Of a stretch of DNA of 11,308 bases, positions 1 through 7,120 are shown one piece after another. The stretch comes from Candidatus Hodarchaeota archaeon (GTDB taxonomy: Archaea > Asgardarchaeota > Heimdallarchaeia > Hodarchaeales > Hodarchaeaceae), in NCBI GenBank assembly GCA_029856365.1, contig JAHQWW010000125.1, positions 1-11,308 of the forward strand. The letters run 5' to 3'. Under the pieces are notes generated by a model, which saw nothing but the letters and a program-made list of their open reading frames with translations, did not search any database and had not been told where the DNA came from. The translations under genes and the position numbers were made by a program. Numbering within the stretch: the stretch's first letter is position 1; each line of letters starts with the position of its first letter.

Positions 1-1293
1 AGGCATAAGTATGTCTGTGAACTCATATAATTTTGAGTCGCCTTCGTTGACACCGATAAAATCTTCAGGAGTTATTTCTAGGTCTTTATCTATCATCTCC
101 ATTTCGTACTGAATAATATTTTCACCGTATGGATCTTCTATTTGTACGTTATGGAATGATCGTAACCAACCAGTTGTGAGGTTCCAATTCCCCTCCATTT
201 TATTATACCATCCATTTGTATACTCGTTCACAAAGCTTAGGACATCATCATTCATTGTGACTCCTGGCGGGGCAATTTCATCAATCAATGTCCTATTAAT
301 TGTATTGATAAGTGGTGGTCCGAAAATTCTAGGCGCCCAAGCGGTGTTTTTATCAATAAAATAGTGCTGGTCATCTGTGATGCTCATATCGTTGTGTTGT
401 AGATTATAAGTTAGTTCAAGTTCAAGATATCCAAGATAATCAGTACTGATAACTTTTACAATGATTTCATCTTCTTCATAAAGGTAGATGTATTGAAGAT
501 CGCCCCCTTTCATGATTGGAATAGTTAGATCGTGATAATAACTTTGTTTTTCGTAATTAAACCAGGTGTAGGTTTTCAGAACATAGACATTAGTATCATC
601 AACACTGACTCCAAGCTCAAAGTGTTCTAGATTCCACGTCTCATATGCAGATACTTCAACTTCTGAATGATAACCTTCTCCACCAGATTCTCGTCTCATT
701 CTCACCAAAAATCCAGTGGTAAGGTCATATTCGTATTCTTCGCGAGTAAAGTAGTTTTGATCTCCCTCTTTTCTTTCGAATCTTACAAAATTATCATAAA
801 AATTATAGTTCCAAGTACTACCATCATAAACTTCTTTGATCAGCGTTTGATTTATCGTCATAATAGTACGGGTTTTGTAATTACTCGAGAGATCTAACCT
901 TGAGAGATTGATATATGAATGGTCAGGATGGAACTCTTCGCCATCTATGTTACGAAAAACGTATTCTTCTGTAATATAGGTCTCATTTATTTCAATTACA
1001 CGTATTGTCACCTTTGTTCCTTCATAAATTATGAAATTAGTCATAACTCCACTGAGAGGTAACGTCATGTTCATTTCATGGATTTCAGGCTGATTTTCTT
1101 GCCAAGTTCTGATTCTATCAAATACATATGTTTGTTTATCTTCCTTATTGACTATTCCTAGTTCGTAGTGGTCTGGATTGACATCATAGTTTACCCCTGT
1201 TATTATCGGTGACGACATACAATAAATTGGCAACAAAAAAATGCTTGACATAAGAACGATCGTCCATATTTGTTTTTTTTCTCTGATTTTCAA
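1..1293 (-). CDS. Secreted/cell-surface protein with tandem ~183-aa repeat domains (partial; runs off the left window edge)
   Basis: Manual translation of the minus strand gives an uninterrupted frame from TTG at 1293 to base 1 (431 codons, no stop), which is probably why the ORF track lacks it. An RBS-like GGTGA lies at 1302-1298. The N-terminus MKIREKKQIWTIVLMSSIFLLPIYCMSSP is a basic n-region plus hydrophobic h-region (signal peptide-like). Internal repeats: HYELGIVNKEDKQTYVF / HFELGVSVDDTNVYVL / DFIGVNEGDSKLYEF; TINQTLIKEV / TINRTLIDEI; YDLTTGFL / WNLTTGWL. Several N-x-S/T sequons (NMT, NET, NLS, NQT, NRT, NLT). Confidence 0.85.
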   Translation of the reverse strand, partial: MKIREKKQIWTIVLMSSIFLLPIYCMSSPIITGVNYDVNPDHYELGIVNKEDKQTYVFDRIRTWQENQPEIHEMNMTLPLSGVMTNFIIYEGTKVTIRVIEINETYITEEYVFRNIDGEEFHPDHSYINLSRLDLSSNYKTRTIMTINQTLIKEVYDGSTWNYNFYDNFVRFERKEGDQNYFTREEYEYDLTTGFLVRMRRESGGEGYHSEVEVSAYETWNLEHFELGVSVDDTNVYVLKTYTWFNYEKQSYYHDLTIPIMKGGDLQYIYLYEEDEIIVKVISTDYLGYLELELTYNLQHNDMSITDDQHYFIDKNTAWAPRIFGPPLINTINRTLIDEIAPPGVTMNDDVLSFVNEYTNGWYNKMEGNWNLTTGWLRSFHNVQIEDPYGENIIQYEMEMIDKDLEITPEDFIGVNEGDSKLYEFTDILMP

Positions 1294-1648
1294 AATATCA
1301 CCTTAAAGTTTTATCTTTTTAATGTGAATAGATTCTATATCTCTTTATTTATAAAATAATCTAGATAAATTGACATTTACTTCAGTGTAATTGGAAGATA
1401 ATGAGAGATTCTCAACATCCTAATCCACTAGCAACGATTAGCTTAAATTATCCAGTTGTTATCACTTTTAAACGGTTGAGGAACTGGTACCGATTCAATC
1501 TCGTAATTAACAGTTTCAAGATTACTTTAATAAACTGATTGACGGTTTCAAGACGAATCTTCTTGGTTTTTATTGGATAAAAATAGAAAAATGTTTAAGA
1601 TAAGTCTTTCTACTTTGAGATTTATAGAAGCAGGAATAGGAACTAATC
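1294..1648. promoter_or_regulatory. Divergent promoter region between the surface-protein gene and the Fe-S/FAD operon
   Basis: A 355-bp AT-rich non-coding gap between divergent starts. TATA-like elements at 1348-1355 (TTTATAAA) and 1621-1628 (TTTATAGA). A 16-bp imperfect direct repeat at 1506-1521 and 1538-1553. Confidence 0.55.
1506..1553. repeat. Imperfect 16-bp direct repeat (ATTrACrGTTTCAAGA x2) with an overlapping dyad; candidate operator
   Basis: attaacagtttcaaga (1506-1521) and attgacggtttcaaga (1538-1553) are 14/16 identical with a 32-bp period. The dyad AAACTG-attga-CGGTTT at 1532-1548 overlaps the second copy. Confidence 0.5.
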
Positions 1649-2671
1649 ATGTATGAGTTAAAAATCGATGAAAAAACATGTGAAACATGTCCAACCTTTG
1701 ATTGCCTCGTTAGGTGCCAATATATCGATATTGATAAAGACACAGCAAAGACAGAAATGAAGAAAATGATTTCTGGGGAAGATTCATTTGTGTTACATGA
1801 TTGTGTAACATGTTATGCTTGCGAGGAATACTGTAAGAGAGGTAATCATCCGTTCTATTTAATCACTGATCTTCAGGAAGAAAGAGGGATTCTTCCTATG
1901 CCTAAGCCCCTGAAGACCCAATTTGTCAACATTTCAGTGCCAACAAGAAGAGATATTATTCAATTTTATGGTGCTGAAGAGCCTGTTATTTCCCTTTGCC
2001 TTTTTCCTCAATATACTAGGTTATTTAGTGAAGAAAAGCTTTTTGAGGAACTTTCAATCATTATAGGACGGTACTTCTTTTGCCATCTCATGTACCTTCA
2101 CTCTGGTAATCCCTCTTTGATTCGAGAAAGACTCCCAAAAATAATAGATAATATCGCGAATCACGGATTTAAAGAGGTAATTTTCTTTCATGATGAATGT
2201 TATTCAACATTAACTTCCTATACAACAGCTTATAGTATTGAAGTTCCTTTCAAACCCATTCATTTCAATGAATATCTTTACAATAAATTAAAAGACCAGC
2301 AAACGAAGATACAACCCCTAAACGCAAAAGTGGCTTTCCAACGAAATTGTTCCGCTCGTTTGACTCCAAATGTAGAGGATTTTGTTGATGACATCTTCAA
2401 TTTAATAGGAGCTGAGAGAGTGGAAAGACAATACGACAGAGAGAATGCACTCTGTTGTGGGGGAATAATTCGAGGCCAACAACGATATGACCTCTTTGTT
2501 GATGTCCAAACGAGAAACGTTGACGATATGCTGAATGCTGGTGTTGAATATTGTGTATTTCAGTGCCCTGCTTGTTTTGATTCTCTCTCTGAGAAGGTTG
2601 CGGAGAAAGGAATCAAACCGATAATGATGCATGACCTGTGCTTACTAGCAATCCAAGGAAGTGATAAATAA
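1649..2671 (+). CDS. (Fe-S)-binding protein, heterodisulfide reductase-related (ferredoxin-like N-terminus plus CCG domain)
   Basis: 340 aa. Cys clusters CETCPTFDCLVRC and CVTCYACEEYC. C-terminal CCG domain with FQRNC, ALCCGG and FQCPAC. The first CCG-like half is degenerate (FFCHL, FHDECY). The stop overlaps the next start (TAATG, 2669-2673). Confidence 0.85.
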   Translation: MYELKIDEKTCETCPTFDCLVRCQYIDIDKDTAKTEMKKMISGEDSFVLHDCVTCYACEEYCKRGNHPFYLITDLQEERGILPMPKPLKTQFVNISVPTRRDIIQFYGAEEPVISLCLFPQYTRLFSEEKLFEELSIIIGRYFFCHLMYLHSGNPSLIRERLPKIIDNIANHGFKEVIFFHDECYSTLTSYTTAYSIEVPFKPIHFNEYLYNKLKDQQTKIQPLNAKVAFQRNCSARLTPNVEDFVDDIFNLIGAERVERQYDRENALCCGGIIRGQQRYDLFVDVQTRNVDDMLNAGVEYCVFQCPACFDSLSEKVAEKGIKPIMMHDLCLLAIQGSDK

Positions 2672-4050
2672 TGCAATCTATATACAAATCTTTGACCAAA
2701 ATCGTAGATGAGGAGTTTGTTTCAAATCAGAAAGAAGAGCTTTACATCTACTCTCAAGATCCAGGAATGATGGAACCTCACGAACCAGATTTTGTTGTGA
2801 TGCCTAAAACTACAGAAGAAGTACAAGAAATAGTTAAACTTGCGAACAAGGAGAAAATACCTATAGTTCCAGTGGGAGGTTCATTAAGTTTGTCTGGTTT
2901 GGTTATTCCTCATCAAGGAGGGATTGTAGTAGATTTAAGAAGAATGGATCAAGTTTTAGAGGTTAATGAAGAAAGTAGGTACATTGTATTTGAAGCAGGG
3001 CTAACAACTGGAAAATTAAAGGCTTATCTGGAAAAATATCACCCCTTATTACGTTTCTCGATACCTGATGCTCCTCCTTCTGCTACTGTAGTTGGAAATA
3101 TTGTAATTCATGGACAAGGACGATTAACTCAACAATATGGGTTTAATTCTGATATGGTAACGGGAATGGAGGTTGTTTTGCCAACTGGAGAAGTATGTAA
3201 GATTGGTTCTGGTTCTGTCAGTCCTTATTGGTTTTCACTTGCCCCTTTACCTGATCTAGCGGGATTATTCTTAGGATGGTTTGGAACCACGGGTATAATT
3301 ACTAAGATGGGTCTTAAATTATACCCTAAGAAGAAATTGAGAGACATTGAAGTATTTGCAGTAGAAGATCCAAACCTAGTTCCAGATGTGATCCAAAGAG
3401 TGACTCATACTGAAATGAGCGAAGATATTTTTACTGGTGCTCAACCGTATCCACCCGTATTCAAAGATATCATTATGATAGGAATTCTTTTGACAGGAGA
3501 TTCAAAGGAGGAATTAGAATTTAAAAGAAAGATGATTTGGGATGCTCTCCAATGTCATATCGATAGCAAAGAGGGGGGATTCATGATGATGACCCCAGAT
3601 GTAAAACAAGACTTGTTAGAGATGCCAACTAGTAGTACAACAAGATTTGCTGATGTAAAAAAAGGGGGTGGATTTGAATATTGTGGGCCTATTATTCCTG
3701 TGGAAAAATTTCCTGAAGCCTTCACAAGATTACTTGAAATTACAAAGAAATATGGAATTACTTTTGGTAATGCAGGGCGAGTTATTGGTAGAAGTCATTC
3801 TATGATGTTTTCTTTTGGTTACCCATTCAATCGTGCGGACCCAGAAAATATTGAAAGAACGAAGAATGCGTTGCATGACACAAATGTAGCAAGTTTGGAC
3901 ATCGGAGGCGTACCTTGGAAGCCTGAGGTTCCCGCACAAAAAATGATCATGGAAAAGATGGACAAAAGTACGCTTGAACTGATGCAGCGGATAAAGAAGG
4001 TTCTTGATCCAAATGGAATCATGAACCCAGGAAATTGGGAGGTCGAATGA
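2671..4050 (+). CDS. FAD-binding oxidoreductase, VAO/PCMH (GlcD/D-lactate dehydrogenase-like) fold
   Basis: 459 aa. FAD_binding_4 signatures PDFVVMPKTTEEVQEIVKLAN..IPIVPVGGSLSLSG, GGIVVDLRRMDQVLEVN, ATVVGN, VTGMEVVLPTGEV, DLAGLFLGWFGTTGIITK. C-terminal IKKVLDPNGIMNPG. Confidence 0.9.
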   Translation: MQSIYKSLTKIVDEEFVSNQKEELYIYSQDPGMMEPHEPDFVVMPKTTEEVQEIVKLANKEKIPIVPVGGSLSLSGLVIPHQGGIVVDLRRMDQVLEVNEESRYIVFEAGLTTGKLKAYLEKYHPLLRFSIPDAPPSATVVGNIVIHGQGRLTQQYGFNSDMVTGMEVVLPTGEVCKIGSGSVSPYWFSLAPLPDLAGLFLGWFGTTGIITKMGLKLYPKKKLRDIEVFAVEDPNLVPDVIQRVTHTEMSEDIFTGAQPYPPVFKDIIMIGILLTGDSKEELEFKRKMIWDALQCHIDSKEGGFMMMTPDVKQDLLEMPTSSTTRFADVKKGGGFEYCGPIIPVEKFPEAFTRLLEITKKYGITFGNAGRVIGRSHSMMFSFGYPFNRADPENIERTKNALHDTNVASLDIGGVPWKPEVPAQKMIMEKMDKSTLELMQRIKKVLDPNGIMNPGNWEVE

Positions 4051-5213
4051 TGTACGATTACGCTGATCAAATCCACAGATGCTTCAAATGTGGTTACTGT
4101 AAATTTTCTAATAATTATACAGATTTCAATTGCCCCTCTTACAATAGATTTCGATTTGAATCTTACTCTACAGGAGGAAGGCTATGGCTTATTTGGGCCT
4201 GGTCAAAGGGGGAGATTGAATGGTCAGAGCATTTAGCTAATATTGTGTTCTCATGTGCAGCATGTAGAAATTGCGTTGAACAATGTCCAATGCGATTTAA
4301 TGAAGACATAGTGGATTGGATTATTGGCGCACGTAGCGACATGGTCGAAAAGGGACTCATCCCAGCTTCAGTTGGAGAATTCCTAGATAACATCCACAAG
4401 TATGGTAATCCTTGGGGAATGCCAAGAAACGAAAGAGATATTTGGGCTGAAGGAATAAACCGTTATACCATTGATGATGATAATGAATATCTTTTCTATG
4501 TAGGATGTGTTGGATCTTACGAAAAGCAAGGACAACAAATGGCTAAATCTGTTGCTGATTTTTTACGAACAACAGGTGTATCTTTTGGAATTCTTGGCTC
4601 TGATGAGGATTGTGATGGAAATGAAGTATTATTCACAGGAGAAAAAGGATTATTTCGAGAATTAGCGGATAAAAATATCGAGAAATTTAAAGAACTTAAT
4701 GTGAAAAAAATTATCACTCTTTCTCCTCACGCGTATAACTCAATGAAAAATAAGTATGGAGGTCTTGGGGAAATTAAAGTATATCACTATACCCAAGTTT
4801 TCTCGGAAATAATTAACAGTAACAACATTGAATTATCTGATCTCAACATCAAAGTAACTTATCATGATCCCTGTTTCCTGGGAAGGTATAATAGTATTTA
4901 TGAACCCCCAAGAGAGATAATAAAGGGTATCCCAGGAGTTGAACTCATTGAAATGGAGAGAACTCGAGAAAACTCTTTCTGTTGTGGTGGTGGAAGTGGA
5001 AATTTCGTTTTTGACCTCTTAGGAAGATCATCAAATAGCCCTAGTAGAATTCGAGTGAGAGAAGCTTATGAAACTGGAGCTGAACTCTTGATTGTATCTT
5101 GTCCAAGTTGTTATTGTATGCTCGAGGAAGCGATAAAAACTGAAGGATTAGAGGAAAAATTGATGATAAAAGATATTTCCGAGCTCGTAATAGAATCAAT
5201 AAAAAACAAATAA
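4047..5213 (+). CDS. (Fe-S)-binding oxidoreductase subunit, GlcF/HdrD-like (two 4Fe-4S motifs plus CCG domains)
   Basis: Motifs CFKCGYC...CP, CAACRNCVEQCP, GNPWG, YVGC, VTYHDPCFLGR, SFCCGGGSG, VSCPSC. The start is more likely ATG 4047 or 4050 (ATGATG overlapping the upstream TGA, with GGAGG at 4038-4042) than the track's TTG at 4035. Confidence 0.9.
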   Translation: MMYDYADQIHRCFKCGYCKFSNNYTDFNCPSYNRFRFESYSTGGRLWLIWAWSKGEIEWSEHLANIVFSCAACRNCVEQCPMRFNEDIVDWIIGARSDMVEKGLIPASVGEFLDNIHKYGNPWGMPRNERDIWAEGINRYTIDDDNEYLFYVGCVGSYEKQGQQMAKSVADFLRTTGVSFGILGSDEDCDGNEVLFTGEKGLFRELADKNIEKFKELNVKKIITLSPHAYNSMKNKYGGLGEIKVYHYTQVFSEIINSNNIELSDLNIKVTYHDPCFLGRYNSIYEPPREIIKGIPGVELIEMERTRENSFCCGGGSGNFVFDLLGRSSNSPSRIRVREAYETGAELLIVSCPSCYCMLEEAIKTEGLEEKLMIKDISELVIESIKNK

Positions 5214-5256
5214 GAAAATACTAGGATTACGAGAATTAAGTCAAATGTGATTTCTC

Positions 5257-6699
5257 ATGCTTCTCCAGAGAAAAAAGAAAGAGTTAGCTGAAGATCCATG
5301 TCAGAATTACCATGTCCTCTGTGGAATTGAAGAAGAGTTTCTAATTATAAATGAAGATGGCACGCTAGTAAATGCTGCTGATGAATTGATGGTGAGAGCT
5401 GCCGAAATTTTGGAACGAGATTCCAAACGGTTAGATTTTCTCCAACTAAAAATTCGAGGATTGGATGCTGAACCATCACCAAGCCAAATTGAGTATGTTA
5501 CTCTTCCACTTCCACCTAAAGATATTGCAGAAGCAATGAAAGCTGGGAGGAAACTGCTTTCTGATGCAGCAACGCAATTAGGATATAGAATATTCTCTCA
5601 GAGTATGCATCCTATACAGAGCGATCCTCATCCCATGAGTGGAACTCATATTAATGTTTCAGCCCAAACAGGGGGATTCATGACTGCGGAAGAGCTAGCT
5701 GCAGTCCATAACTATCTTTGGAATTATCTTCCCGAATTAATTGCGCTATCTGCAAACACTCCAATTCTTCAAGGATCTAAGACAAATGTGGCTAGTAATC
5801 GAATTAGTAATTCGACTGTTCTCAAACCAAATGGTTCGTCTCAAATTCAGATTCCAAAACGAAATGCAGCATTAATTCCGATGCAGTACTACGGTAGAAT
5901 GCGATACACCTTACGTATAGCAGGCGAGAACGTGAAAAAAGTTATAACTAATCCAAGAGGTGAGAGGCTAGTAGATATTACACCAAGAGGACCATTAACG
6001 AACATAGGTGAAGATGAGGATTCCGCGCTCACAACAAACCGTGTAGAAGTGAGAATTTTTGATGTTCAACAGGATCTTGAGTATCTCCTTGATCTTGTTT
6101 ATCTATGCTGTGTCTCAGCTTTGCATGCAATTTACATTTATACTACAGGGGAAATCACCCTTGATCCTAATCACAGAACCAATGTAGAACAAGCGGTTTT
6201 TAATGGTGTTAATGCCCGATTCATACGGAATGATAGAGAGGAGTCTTTACAAGAAAGTGTATCTCGTTGGATAAATGAAACAGAAAAATATCAGGATATC
6301 TTGGGAATTAAGATTCGAAAACTCCCTACAATCAAGACTGATTTTCGGCAGGGTGAATTAGAAGTCGAATTTACGACAAGAAATATTGAAGAACTGCGGC
6401 AACAAGGAAAAGTGTTTGTAGTAGTTCAATTGAATAAATCACGAACAATCACTGACCAACGAGGGAGAAAATATGGTATTTCTCGCGGAACTCAGTTACA
6501 AGGAATGTTAGATGTTGATTATAAGCTCCCTTACCAAGAAAAAGAAAATATCGTCACTGATTTCCAGGCAATTAAAATAACTAATACACTTGATGTCCAA
6601 GGAATAAAAATCCCATTAGATAATAAAGATCGAATTCTTGTTGCATTAAGTAGATCGGATTATTTGTCACGAAGCCTCTTTGGTGGTTTTGGATTTTAG
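5257..6699 (+). CDS. Glutamate--cysteine ligase family 2 (GCS2/YbdK-like) carboxylate-amine ligase with an extra C-terminal domain
   Basis: 480 aa. Ordered GCS2 motifs: GIEEEF (ExE metal ligands), SQIEYVT, MHP, GTHINVS, LIALSANTP, ASNR, RVEVRIFDVQ. About 120 additional C-terminal residues lie beyond the usual ligase length. Confidence 0.82.
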   Translation: MLLQRKKKELAEDPCQNYHVLCGIEEEFLIINEDGTLVNAADELMVRAAEILERDSKRLDFLQLKIRGLDAEPSPSQIEYVTLPLPPKDIAEAMKAGRKLLSDAATQLGYRIFSQSMHPIQSDPHPMSGTHINVSAQTGGFMTAEELAAVHNYLWNYLPELIALSANTPILQGSKTNVASNRISNSTVLKPNGSSQIQIPKRNAALIPMQYYGRMRYTLRIAGENVKKVITNPRGERLVDITPRGPLTNIGEDEDSALTTNRVEVRIFDVQQDLEYLLDLVYLCCVSALHAIYIYTTGEITLDPNHRTNVEQAVFNGVNARFIRNDREESLQESVSRWINETEKYQDILGIKIRKLPTIKTDFRQGELEVEFTTRNIEELRQQGKVFVVVQLNKSRTITDQRGRKYGISRGTQLQGMLDVDYKLPYQEKENIVTDFQAIKITNTLDVQGIKIPLDNKDRILVALSRSDYLSRSLFGGFGF

Positions 6700-6736
6700 C
6701 AATAAAACTATTGTTAATAGAAGGTGTCACAACGTA

Positions 6737-7117
6737 ATGATAGAAGAGCAAAGAGAGGCTACTAACGAGAAGTGTGACCGGTTATTCACTTATGGAACCT
6801 TACAATCTGGATATAGTCGAAATTATCTTCTTAGGGGATTAGAATATGAGAAAGCGATTTTACTGGGTTATCGGAAGCTCACTCCTCCCAAACTAGGTTT
6901 TCCATTCATAATCCAAGACTACAAATCTAATGTTACTGGTGAGATTTATTTCCAGTTAACTCAATCCCACTGGACACAAATTGATTTAGTTGAAGGGGAA
7001 GGTTCTCTATATCATAGAGTTCTCGTAGAAGTGAAAACAATCTCAAAAGGGAGAAACTTATCTGCTTTTACTTATTACCCCTCAAAAAGACTTATTGAGC
7101 AATATAGTGAGAAATAA
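6737..7117 (+). CDS. Gamma-glutamylcyclotransferase (AIG2-like/GGACT family)
   Basis: LFTYGTL signature, GFPFI, VTGEIY, and IDLVEG...LYHR carrying the family's catalytic-position Glu. Probable start is ATG 6737 (AAGGTG at 6721-6726), giving 126 aa, rather than the track's TTG at 6680. Confidence 0.88.
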   Translation: MIEEQREATNEKCDRLFTYGTLQSGYSRNYLLRGLEYEKAILLGYRKLTPPKLGFPFIIQDYKSNVTGEIYFQLTQSHWTQIDLVEGEGSLYHRVLVEVKTISKGRNLSAFTYYPSKRLIEQYSEK

Positions 7118-7120
7118 ACA

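Noticed and set aside
176-897. Plus-strand ORFs 176..364 and 667..897
   Set aside because: They are antisense shadows of the long minus-strand surface-protein frame and have no recognisable motifs.
1235-1280. Homopolymer runs at the 5' end of the surface-protein gene as a phase-variation switch
   Set aside because: Runs of 7-8 A/T are common throughout this AT-rich window, and the frame is intact.
2402-4717. Minus-strand ORFs 2402..2632, 3730..3939, 3819..4076, 4163..4399 and 4517..4717
   Set aside because: Short antisense frames inside well-supported plus-strand genes.
5257-6699. Pupylation ligase PafA/Dop, or a ubiquitin-like GG C-terminus
   Set aside because: The motifs (ALSANTP, EVRIFD) fit GCS2 better than PafA. 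No Pup-like small ORF or proteasome gene is in the window. The GG is followed by FGF, and I cannot support a beta-grasp fold from sequence alone.
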